Positions 22,680-31,408 of a stretch of DNA of 32,000 nt are shown one piece after another (the first letter of the stretch is position 1; each line of letters starts with the position of its first letter). A program made the position numbers and the translations under genes. Source of the stretch: Fastidiosibacter lacustris (lineage in GTDB: Bacteria > Pseudomonadota > Gammaproteobacteria > Francisellales > Francisellaceae); assembly GCF_003428155.1 (NCBI RefSeq), contig NZ_QLIR01000004.1, positions 30,001 through 62,000 on the forward strand, given 5' to 3'. Under the pieces are notes generated by a model that saw only the letters and a program-made list of their open reading frames with translations, was not told where the DNA came from and did no database searches.

Positions 22680-22955
22680 AATGGATTTCCTTTTGGTGAG
22701 ATAAAGGCATAATTCGGTAGAATTATAAATGCATAATTATCTAATAGCATCCATTTTTGGTATTCAAGATATAAGGTGATTAAATATATAGGTATGGATT
22801 TACATAACACAGCTAACTGTATTTTTGCTTAATATCATCAAGGTGTCTGAAAGTCTGCCAAAAGATTGTAGTCTTGAAATTAATCTAATAAAGTAAATTT
22901 TAGAAAATCACAAGAGATACAAATATCGAGTTTTAAAGGTTAATAGGTGAAGAAT

Positions 22956-24152
22956 ATGCCAGATGTTTATATTCAGAATTTAACAAAACGGAAAGAGACA
23001 CAAGAAGTAGCATTAAAGACTTTACGGAAAAATGGTATAGATGTTCAACTAAATGGTAGCGAAGTAACGTCTATAAGCGTTATTAATAAAGCTAAAATGA
23101 AAAATCATTGCTTTGTTTTTGAGGAAAGTTTATTGCAAGATTCATTTTTTATTAGACTTTTAAAGGAGTTGATCAACTGTGGTATTAATTGTGCATTACA
23201 AGTGGGAGACTTTATTTACGAATACGTTTTGAAGCCATTTAGGCGTGAGGAAAACAATAAGGTAAGTGACCCTGTTGAGAATAAAAACAATCAAAATGAA
23301 TGGGAAACTTTGTCTAAAGCTAATTCAATAATCAACTTAGAAGAAATTGAAGCAAGTGAGGTCAATAGTAAGATTGAAGTAAATAAGGTGAATAACGAAG
23401 ACGATGAGTTTTGCATTATTAATAAAACTGATTGCGAAGGTATGAATAAAGAATTCTCAATTAAAAAATCTGAAGTGAATAGCTTTGAAGATACGTTAAC
23501 AAGTAAAGTAAATCTTGCTAAATTTATTAAAGATAAAATATTAGGGCATTTACCTCAAACTGTTCGTAATGGAGGTCTTGGTGGTGGATTTGAAAGAGGA
23601 ACAATATTAATAAAGGGGTTAACTCAGCAAGAAGCTTGTGCAATATATGAGTTTCTTAAGCCTAATGGAGCAGCAGCTTCATACCAACGTTTATCGACAC
23701 ATGGCGATTTGGTTTGGGGGGTGGACTTAGATCAAAATCAGTATATCTTAACCAAAGATGGTCGTAAGTTTAGACATCTCTTATTTTCTATGCCACAACC
23801 ATATGAAGGAGAGATTCATGATGCCAGTGAAGCACCTATACTAGAAAAAGTTCAACATTATGTCACAGATTCAGAGTATAAAGATAAGCCTTTTTATATT
23901 CGGCTTAAACCAGAGTCCTATGGAATGAATGATGTATTGAGCATAATAGGACATTCTGTAGGTTACCTTCATACCAGAATATTTTCAGGTTATAAGCAAA
24001 AGCCTGGTTATTATGGTGAAGGTGAAAAGAGTAAAAATGGTGAGTTTGTAATTGACCTTAGAAACCCAGCAAAACAGGAAATGATTGAGCCTATATTTAA
24101 TAAAAATAAAAGTAATTTAAAAGTACAGAATCTAGATATAAAAAATAGTTAA
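22956..24152 (+). CDS. Hypothetical protein (about 399 aa), no family recognised (ORF track starts at GTG 22947; RBS aggtga favours ATG 22956)
   Basis: Long open frame MPDVYIQNLTKRKETQ...; Asn/Glu-rich low-complexity middle; conserved-looking C-terminal domain NGGLGGGFERGTILIKGLTQQEACAIYEFLKPNG... Confidence 0.8.
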   Translation: MPDVYIQNLTKRKETQEVALKTLRKNGIDVQLNGSEVTSISVINKAKMKNHCFVFEESLLQDSFFIRLLKELINCGINCALQVGDFIYEYVLKPFRREENNKVSDPVENKNNQNEWETLSKANSIINLEEIEASEVNSKIEVNKVNNEDDEFCIINKTDCEGMNKEFSIKKSEVNSFEDTLTSKVNLAKFIKDKILGHLPQTVRNGGLGGGFERGTILIKGLTQQEACAIYEFLKPNGAAASYQRLSTHGDLVWGVDLDQNQYILTKDGRKFRHLLFSMPQPYEGEIHDASEAPILEKVQHYVTDSEYKDKPFYIRLKPESYGMNDVLSIIGHSVGYLHTRIFSGYKQKPGYYGEGEKSKNGEFVIDLRNPAKQEMIEPIFNKNKSNLKVQNLDIKNS

Positions 24153-24240
24153 ATCATTTAGGAATTAATTTATAAAGTGTGATGAAAGCCACACTACAGA
24201 ACATTAGTGCCTCATTATAATAATTAAAAGGGGTGGAGCT

Positions 24241-27200
24241 ATGCCAGATCATCAAGAATTACTAAATCAGCTAGAAGAGATAAAAAGTAAGACACTACTT
24301 ATCGAGATTTCAAAGGATAGAGGGAATCTTAGCTTATTGCAACGTTATGTTGATTCCCGACGTTTAGAAAAAGATCGTGATGCACGAGGTAATTTTAATG
24401 ACTATCTTCAAACGAAAATAGCAAAAGGGGAATTACAGCTATATAAAGAAAATGGTAGTTTGGTCGTTAAAGAGAAAAATGCTCAGCCCTCTTCTTTAGA
24501 AGCTTATCCATACCAAAACGGTGAACTTGTTGTTGCTAATATTTGTAATGTACAGATAGGTTTAGATCCTGAACACCCTTCTTCAGAGTATGATGAGGAA
24601 AACATAGACATTGCCGATGGAGATTTTTCTGGTAGTACATTTTCAAGTGTTTATTTTTATCCTGGTTGGAAACAAGAGTGGCAAGTAGATAAAAACGAAT
24701 ATCGTATTGATACTCAAACTCAAAGTAGCCTTCAAAATGTAGTATTACGTGATTGCCTTTTTGATAAGGTTACCTTTAAAAATGTAGATTTGAGTAAAGT
24801 TGATTTTCGTGGTACAAAATTGAAAAATTGTTCTTTTTATGGTTATGAACGAAATAGCCGATTATTAGATCATTTATATCTAGATTATTATGATCCACAA
24901 TTTGTACATAAGCTTGGTATATTTACAATCAAACAGGAAGCATCACTAAAATGGTATAGTGAGCATGAGCAAATTGAAAATAAGTTCAAAAAAGAGCTAA
25001 ATCAGAAAGTTCAAACCTTAGAAAGTGAACAGGCAAAAAATAAGAGCTTTTGGGATAAGGCTGCCAATAAATTCGTAGGTATATTTTGGGAAACTGAAGA
25101 AAACCGAAAATTCAAGGAGAAAATAAAACACGAAACACAAGAAATTGAAAAACAAAAACAAATAGCATTGCACGCACATGAGCAAAAGTTACTAATTAAT
25201 TTAAAGGAGAGAGTACAGTCTGATCCATGTTATATCCCTATGGACACTAAAGTTGTTAACAGTAAAAAGGTGTTATTAAAAGCGACAAAAGAAGATTTGC
25301 AATCTTATGTAAATGCTTGTAAACATTCTGAATCAGTTATCCCTTTAAACAATTTTATTTTGGAGCAGCACAAAGAGAAGTCTAACGGTAATCCTTTAGG
25401 TGGTTCGCAGGAAAAGTTGACTTATCACGCTAATTTTAGTGATGAAAACTTGGTTATTGAAAATATGGACTTTTCTGGTCTTGATCTTTCTGGTGTGATT
25501 TTCGCTAAAGTGACATTTAAAAATTGCAAGTTTGATCATGCTAATTTAAGTGCAAGTTGTTTTGAAGGGGTAAAATTTGATGGTGATAATTCATTTAAAG
25601 ATGCCACATTGAATGATGCTAATTTAATTGGAGCTCGAGCTATCAATGGTGCAAAAGTCGATTTTGAAAATGTCAAAATGATTAGAGCACGTATGATGAA
25701 AAGTGAATTCCAGGGTAGTAATTTTAATGGCGCTATAGCTTATGCTGCTGATTTCACCCATGCGAATATTGATAAAGCAACTTTAGATAAAATAAATTTG
25801 AATTATGGTGATCTTGAGCATGCTAATTTAAGAGCTGTGACAGCTCGTTTACAAGCACAATTTAAAAACGCAAATTTGACTCATGCGATATTAGATCGTG
25901 GTAAGTTTGATCGTGCTAACTTTAAAAATGCAGTTATGCGATATACGCATGCTGTTCATACTGTGTTTGATGGTGCAAACATGCCAAACGTCAATGCAGA
26001 AAACGGTAATTTTTCTTATGCTCACCTAAACAAAATAAAGGGCAAGAATATCAACTTTATGGATACGAAGTTGATTTATGCCTCTCTGCATGATAGCGAT
26101 CTAGAAAATGTCAAATTTAATAAAAACACTCTTCTGTTAGGAGTAGATCTAAAAGATGCAATAGGTGCAGAAGGTTTACGTGAGTTGCTAAGGGAACAAG
26201 AAAAGATTCAAAAGCGATTTTTGGGTAGAAGTCGTTATGCAATATGCCAAAATAATGAAGATGGGAGCAATGATCGTTATACATGCCAAAAGCTTGGTGC
26301 AGCAGTATTATCTACTGTTTTGGCAGGGGGGAGTGCTTATTCATTTGCAGGAATATTTGCAGGTCTATCAGCAGGAGCACTTGCTGGCTATATTAGTCAA
26401 ACTGGTTTAGAGCGGATTAAAGAATCTTATTTCAAAGAAAGAGGGTACATCGACAATATTTTGGGTGATAAATTGGCAGAGCTAGGTGCAATTGCCTGTG
26501 CAGCAGGTGTGAATAGTTTAGATAAGGCGGTGATCACGTTGCCTTTGGCCGTTGCATTGTGTACTGGTATAAGTATATTGTCACCAGGTGCGAATATGGC
26601 TTGGCTTGTAGGAGGGGGTGCTGCTCTGTATACAGGTGCAAACTTATATACAGGGCAACAAGAAGGAAATCGGTTTAAGTATCTTATCAGTAAAGGGTTA
26701 ACTTGGTTAGGAGGTGCTGCAACCTTTGTTGGGCTAAGCTCAATGGGTAATTGGTTTAACCAAGTGTCAAATATGATATATTATGGGGCAATTTATGGCG
26801 CTGTGAGTGGAGCATATAAGGCTTATCAACGATTGTTTAATGAAGAAAACATCACCCCTGAACAGATATATTGTGAATCTCGGGATCAGTTAGAACAAGT
26901 TAAAGGAAAGATTCAAGGAACAGGGCAAATATGGTCTAATACACGTGAATTTGTGCTGCAAAAGTTCTATGAATGGAAGCGCACGTTAATCATTGGATTG
27001 GCTGCGTTGTTAGCAATTTTAGCAACACCATTACTTGGAGAGTTGATAGGTGTAGCTATTGCAACTAATGTCTTAATTGGTTTGGCATTAGTAACAGCAA
27101 CATTGGCGATAGGATATTTATTTTTTTATGATTCATTGTTTTTCTCAAACTTAAAAACAAAATTGATAAATCTTACAACAGATAAGCCAGATAATGAAAA

Positions 27201-27432
27201 GCATTTTGATATTGAGCAAGAGCAAGATACAAAAGATAAAAATCCTGGGAAAAATAATTCCTTAGAGATTCAAAATTCAAGTGAAAAAGGGAATAGTTTA
27301 AACGTTATACAATTACCAAAAACATCTAACCTGCCAGTTCAAGAAACAAAACAAAATATAAGTTTTACTGAAGGAAACTTGATATTTAATAATGAAAATA
27401 CTCAGTCAGCAGGATTAAATAAAGAGCTTTAG
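24241..27432 (+). CDS. Large pentapeptide-repeat protein with coiled-coil segment and C-terminal multi-TM region (1063 aa)
   Basis: Runs such as NMDFSGLDLSGVIFAKVTFKNCKFDHANLSASCFEGVKF and SNFNGAIAYAADFTHANIDKATLDKINLNYGDLEHANL; hydrophobic Gly/Ala-rich C-terminus; RBS ggtggag. Confidence 0.85.
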   Translation: MPDHQELLNQLEEIKSKTLLIEISKDRGNLSLLQRYVDSRRLEKDRDARGNFNDYLQTKIAKGELQLYKENGSLVVKEKNAQPSSLEAYPYQNGELVVANICNVQIGLDPEHPSSEYDEENIDIADGDFSGSTFSSVYFYPGWKQEWQVDKNEYRIDTQTQSSLQNVVLRDCLFDKVTFKNVDLSKVDFRGTKLKNCSFYGYERNSRLLDHLYLDYYDPQFVHKLGIFTIKQEASLKWYSEHEQIENKFKKELNQKVQTLESEQAKNKSFWDKAANKFVGIFWETEENRKFKEKIKHETQEIEKQKQIALHAHEQKLLINLKERVQSDPCYIPMDTKVVNSKKVLLKATKEDLQSYVNACKHSESVIPLNNFILEQHKEKSNGNPLGGSQEKLTYHANFSDENLVIENMDFSGLDLSGVIFAKVTFKNCKFDHANLSASCFEGVKFDGDNSFKDATLNDANLIGARAINGAKVDFENVKMIRARMMKSEFQGSNFNGAIAYAADFTHANIDKATLDKINLNYGDLEHANLRAVTARLQAQFKNANLTHAILDRGKFDRANFKNAVMRYTHAVHTVFDGANMPNVNAENGNFSYAHLNKIKGKNINFMDTKLIYASLHDSDLENVKFNKNTLLLGVDLKDAIGAEGLRELLREQEKIQKRFLGRSRYAICQNNEDGSNDRYTCQKLGAAVLSTVLAGGSAYSFAGIFAGLSAGALAGYISQTGLERIKESYFKERGYIDNILGDKLAELGAIACAAGVNSLDKAVITLPLAVALCTGISILSPGANMAWLVGGGAALYTGANLYTGQQEGNRFKYLISKGLTWLGGAATFVGLSSMGNWFNQVSNMIYYGAIYGAVSGAYKAYQRLFNEENITPEQIYCESRDQLEQVKGKIQGTGQIWSNTREFVLQKFYEWKRTLIIGLAALLAILATPLLGELIGVAIATNVLIGLALVTATLAIGYLFFYDSLFFSNLKTKLINLTTDKPDNEKHFDIEQEQDTKDKNPGKNNSLEIQNSSEKGNSLNVIQLPKTSNLPVQETKQNISFTEGNLIFNNENTQSAGLNKEL

Positions 27433-27855
27433 CTAGGCTGAATTTGTATTGTTCAAAACTAACTAAAATTTACTATTCGTAAAGTCTATTTATTTAAGGC
27501 ATAAATATTAAGCAGATTGTGTCATTTGAGTGTGTTTGATTTGAACATAAATAGTACTTAACTAGACATCTATTAACATTTCAGTACATTTTATACAGTG
27601 ATAAGAATTTTTTTTATTTAGATAATGTCATCCAAGCTTAATTTTGAGTCCAATGAGTTAGTTCAGTAAAGATTTCTCTAGCTAAATTCTTGATTAATAA
27701 TCTATCAAGCTAAAGATGAGAAGAGATAGAAAGAAAATAAGGAGTACTGAGCGGAGCATTGTAAGTTTTCTATTGTTTGTCTTACTGATCAGCTATTGCA
27801 GCTCAAATTCTTCTTAAGGAATTATCTTGCAGCAGACCATATCGATGTCTAGCTC

Positions 27856-28572
27856 ATGGGGGATAGAGAGTTGGTTAAAAATAATATCTTAATAGTGGGG
27901 GTTGATAAATATTATGTTAATCAATTAAGTCATCATTTAAAAAATTGCCAAATTATTAAATGTAACAATGTTTTACAACTAGATAAGTTTTTGATAACTC
28001 AAAAAGTTGATCTATTAGTTGTTTCAAGTGTTATCAATGGAGCATTGACTAATACATTATGCTATGAAGTTTACCAAAGCCGATCTGAGCTGCCTATTAT
28101 TGTGATTAGCGATAAGTCAGATATTCAGTTAGAGGTAATGTTTTACCAATCTGGTATTATAGATTACGTTGACAAGGGAACAGATATAAAGATTGTATCA
28201 GCAAAAATAAGTGCAATATTGAGAATCCTCAACAACAAAGATGAAAAATATAAGCATATTTTTTTTAATGATATTTGTTTGGATATAGATCAAAAATGCC
28301 TAATTGATGTGAGAAAACATCCTCATAAACTTTCTTTGTCTGAGTTTTTAGCATTAAGTTTTTTTCTAAAACAGTCAAATAAAATTGTCTCAAGAGATGA
28401 GCTTTCTTGGTGTGTATATGATCGACCATATGATGGTATGGATCGAACGATTGATGTATTAATTAGCAAGCTTAGAAAAAAGTTGAGTATAGCAACAACT
28501 AATGGTTCGTTGATTAAAACGGTTAATAGAGCGGGTTATATGTTTTGTGCAGATAATCATTCTGATCGGTAA
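27856..28572 (+). CDS. Orphan OmpR-family transcriptional regulator with degenerate receiver domain
   Basis: C-terminal LSLSEFLALSFFLKQSNKIVSRDELSWCVYDRPYDGMDRTIDVLISKLRKKL...IKTVNRAGYMF winged helix; N-terminal receiver-like fold with VDLLVVSS in place of the phosphoacceptor Asp strand. Confidence 0.85.
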   Translation: MGDRELVKNNILIVGVDKYYVNQLSHHLKNCQIIKCNNVLQLDKFLITQKVDLLVVSSVINGALTNTLCYEVYQSRSELPIIVISDKSDIQLEVMFYQSGIIDYVDKGTDIKIVSAKISAILRILNNKDEKYKHIFFNDICLDIDQKCLIDVRKHPHKLSLSEFLALSFFLKQSNKIVSRDELSWCVYDRPYDGMDRTIDVLISKLRKKLSIATTNGSLIKTVNRAGYMFCADNHSDR

Positions 28573-28688
28573 TCCAATTTCTGTATTAATAAACAATAAG
28601 TTATATTAAAACATAAATTGTAAGCTTGACATACAGACTGTTACCTTATAAAGAATGACATGAATTACTTCCTATGGTTTAATTTTGG

Positions 28689-28712
28689 ACATCTTTAAGT
28701 TAAAGATGTTTT
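28689..28712 (+). terminator. Perfect 9-bp hairpin with short T tract downstream of the orphan regulator; possible terminator
   Basis: ACATCTTTA agt TAAAGATGT tttt. Confidence 0.45.
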
Positions 28713-29099
28713 GCAAAAATGGGGAATAAATTGAAAATGTTCATATTGAGCGTTCCATAGCTCATATTTGTTAATCTATCAGCATGTTGATAAATTTAAA
28801 AGCATAAGAAGTTGATGCAGGTTGTGCGCTTCTGATGTGTAAGGTCATGCAAAGTTTTAGAAATCTTTTTTGCCACTAATAATATAAGCCTTATACAGGC
28901 TTATGGATGGGTTTGTCTATGTCAAAAAGATTAAATGGGGAGTGTCTACATGGAATAATATTAAAGAGTTTTTATGGGGTAATCGCCAATCAATTTGTCC
29001 GATAAAAGTGCTAAATATTGTGACCTAAAATTAAATCCTGTAATTTTGTCTCAAAGCATCAGGTTAAATACTTAATGCTGTAGTAAACAATAAAAAAGC

Positions 29100-29143
29100 A
29101 ATAAACAACAAAAAATCAAACCAACGTAATAAACAACAAAAAA
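29100..29143 (+). repeat. Two exact 16-bp direct repeats AATAAACAACAAAAAA (29100-29115, 29128-29143) in the pilin 5' leader
   Basis: Exact string match; second copy abuts the GGAG RBS; a related taaacaataaaaaa lies just upstream. Confidence 0.8.
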
Positions 29144-29154
29144 GGAGAAAAAAT

Positions 29155-29688
29155 ATGAAGAAAATAAATACATCAGCAAAACAAAAAGGGTTTTCATTAA
29201 TTGAGTTGATGGTAGTGCTCGTTATTATTGGGGTGTTAACAGCGATTGTGATTTCACAGTTTGCTAAAGCCGCGCAAAAAAACCGTATTCAAGAAACCAC
29301 AGCTTTAATAGGTACCATTCAATCAACTATCCATGATGTGACTCAAATGAATTTGGGTATGGCGATCGATGACACCCTTCTTATCCGTAGTGATCGGATT
29401 GCCAAGAAATATATTAATAAAGCTGGAAACGAGATCGTTACCCCATTTGGAGGGCGACTCGAAGTTAATGGTGTTGCTGGAGGAACACAGTACACTATTG
29501 TATTTAATAGCATGTCTAAGCAATCATGTGATTCATTAGCAACTGCAGCAAGTATGTCTGATGCGCTTAGTGTTCAAGTTGGAAGTCAAACACCTTTAAT
29601 GACACCGATTGCAGCTACTGCTATTGCTACTGATTGCGACCATGAGACTGGTCCGGATTATCCGTTGACACTGACATTCAAACGCTAA
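29155..29688 (+). CDS. Type IV pilin (major-pilin candidate)
   Basis: Prepilin motif MKKINTSAKQKG|FSLIELMVVLVIIGVL; two C-terminal region Cys (KQSCDSL...ATDCDH); strong RBS aaaggag. Confidence 0.88.
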   Translation: MKKINTSAKQKGFSLIELMVVLVIIGVLTAIVISQFAKAAQKNRIQETTALIGTIQSTIHDVTQMNLGMAIDDTLLIRSDRIAKKYINKAGNEIVTPFGGRLEVNGVAGGTQYTIVFNSMSKQSCDSLATAASMSDALSVQVGSQTPLMTPIAATAIATDCDHETGPDYPLTLTFKR

Positions 29689-29759
29689 TGTAGTTCCACA
29701 TGAGTGTGTTTACTAAATAACTATTAAAAAATAACTTTAATAACACTATGTGTAACACC

Positions 29760-29785
29760 CTCTTTGACCTTGTTTTGTCAAAGGG
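29760..29785 (+). other. Hairpin between pilin gene and downstream gene
   Basis: CTCTTTGAC cttgtttt GTCAAAGGG, 9 pairs including one G-T; no T tract. Confidence 0.5.
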
Positions 29786-29868
29786 AAGGTAAAAAACAAA
29801 AAATCAACTTAATATTTTTGTGTTTATTGCTAAAAAAATAATAGAAATTATAAGTTAGGAAAAACCAA

Positions 29869-30705
29869 ATGTATATATTCTCAAAAAAACTAAATTGCGT
29901 CCGCGTAAGGCATAAAGAGCAAGGCTATATCTTAATTTCATTAATGGCATCATTAGTAATTTTGGGTCTTATTGCAATTAGTGAATATATGCAATTGGTC
30001 AAAAAGCAACAGCTTGAGAGAGCCGAGACTGCTGCCAACAATATTATACACATTGCTTACACAATTGGTGATGCGATTTATGAGCCAATGGCGATGATTC
30101 AAATGTCTTCAACAACTTCAGAGCAAGATAATTACAAGAAACAGGCAAATGATATTAAGGAAGCATGGAAAAAGGAGAGTCGAATGATAAATGGTGAAAT
30201 AACTTTAAAACAATTTTATCAGACAGATAACTTATCCGCTGTATGCGGGATAACACATCCCCCTGTCTCATCAAACATAACATTTCCATCTTGTCTTGAA
30301 GCGAATAAGCCTCATAATAGATTTAGCCAAAATAATGGTAATTTCTTTTGTCAATGTACAAGTCAACAGATTGAAAAATTTCCATTCCTTAACATGGATG
30401 GAAATGTTTTCATGCAGCCAATAGGTCTGGCTAATAATGAAACACCGAAATCCGTGTTATTACGTGTGCCTTATCCTGAGCGTGGCGGTAAAGTGGACAC
30501 AGGACTCGCTCTAAGAATGATAGCGTATTTAAAGAAAAACCTAATTCACACGCCAGGGTCTAAGTTTGCAATTTGTGCAGGGAAATTAAAAAAAACAGGG
30601 ATGACGCGTACTGAGTTTAGGTGTAAGGATGATATTGAATCAAATGATGTACTTGATCCTAGTGTTGTCGATCAGTTTATTTATATCGATATTGCAAGAA
30701 GGTAA
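29869..30705 (+). CDS. Minor pilin/pseudopilin-like protein with atypical N-terminus
   Basis: KEQGYILISLMASLVILGLIAISEY: Gly followed by hydrophobic helix as in prepilins, but lacking Glu at +5; location within pilus locus. Confidence 0.6.
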   Translation: MYIFSKKLNCVRVRHKEQGYILISLMASLVILGLIAISEYMQLVKKQQLERAETAANNIIHIAYTIGDAIYEPMAMIQMSSTTSEQDNYKKQANDIKEAWKKESRMINGEITLKQFYQTDNLSAVCGITHPPVSSNITFPSCLEANKPHNRFSQNNGNFFCQCTSQQIEKFPFLNMDGNVFMQPIGLANNETPKSVLLRVPYPERGGKVDTGLALRMIAYLKKNLIHTPGSKFAICAGKLKKTGMTRTEFRCKDDIESNDVLDPSVVDQFIYIDIARR

Positions 30706-30712
30706 AAACAAT

Positions 30713-31393
30713 ATGAATAAGAAAATTAATTATAAGCTAAAGTGTTTTATTAGCTTCCCAGTACTTTTATGCACGGCTATGTTGCCTTATCAACTTGCTG
30801 TGGCAAATAAATTAGCAGTAGATGATCACTTTAAGCTGTTAAACCCTTATTGTATTTCAGATAAAGCTTGTGCTGATGCTGATCTTACGAAAACACATGG
30901 TATGGCTAAGATTTCTTCTGATGATGAATATAATGGTTTTGCACTCATTGTGGCTGACAATTTATTAGATCAGACGTTTTCTAGCAAACAGGTATATCAG
31001 ATTTTTAGCCAAGAAAACAATGATTATGCCATAAGTATTAATCTAGACGATAAAACAGTTGCGATTGCTAAAACACAAAAAGAAGCTGATTTACTAGCAA
31101 TGTGCCCAAGACAATTATTTTATGCCGAACAAGGGCAAACTTTAAAACAGACAGTTGAACGATGGGCCTCTTATCAAGGTATTAAAGTGATATGGGAAGC
31201 ATCTGTTGATTATAAGCTTGCCGCTTCGGCACAGTTTGAGGGACAACTGTTAGCAAAAAATGGAGCATTAAACAATTTGCTAAAAGCATTTGAAGATGCT
31301 GATCATCCACTGGAAGCACAGTTAAAGACAAATAACGTTTTGCTAATTAAAGCAAAATCATATTCTGCAAACATGGTCGTCATGCAAAAGTAG
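30713..31393 (+). CDS. TcpQ/PilL C-terminal-domain-like type IVb pilus protein (ORF track start 30629 is probably too early)
   Basis: GQTLKQTVERWASYQGIKVIWEASVDYKLAASAQFEGQLLAKNGALNNLLKAFEDADHPLEAQLKTNNVLLIKA; signal-like N-terminus; RBS gaaggt. Confidence 0.75.
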   Translation: MNKKINYKLKCFISFPVLLCTAMLPYQLAVANKLAVDDHFKLLNPYCISDKACADADLTKTHGMAKISSDDEYNGFALIVADNLLDQTFSSKQVYQIFSQENNDYAISINLDDKTVAIAKTQKEADLLAMCPRQLFYAEQGQTLKQTVERWASYQGIKVIWEASVDYKLAASAQFEGQLLAKNGALNNLLKAFEDADHPLEAQLKTNNVLLIKAKSYSANMVVMQK

Positions 31394-31408
31394 TTAAGGT
31401 TGTGGATA

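Noticed and set aside
22680-22946. AT-rich inverted repeat (AATTAT aaatgc ATAATT) in the divergent promoter region
   Set aside because: Low-complexity AT sequence; expected frequently by chance here
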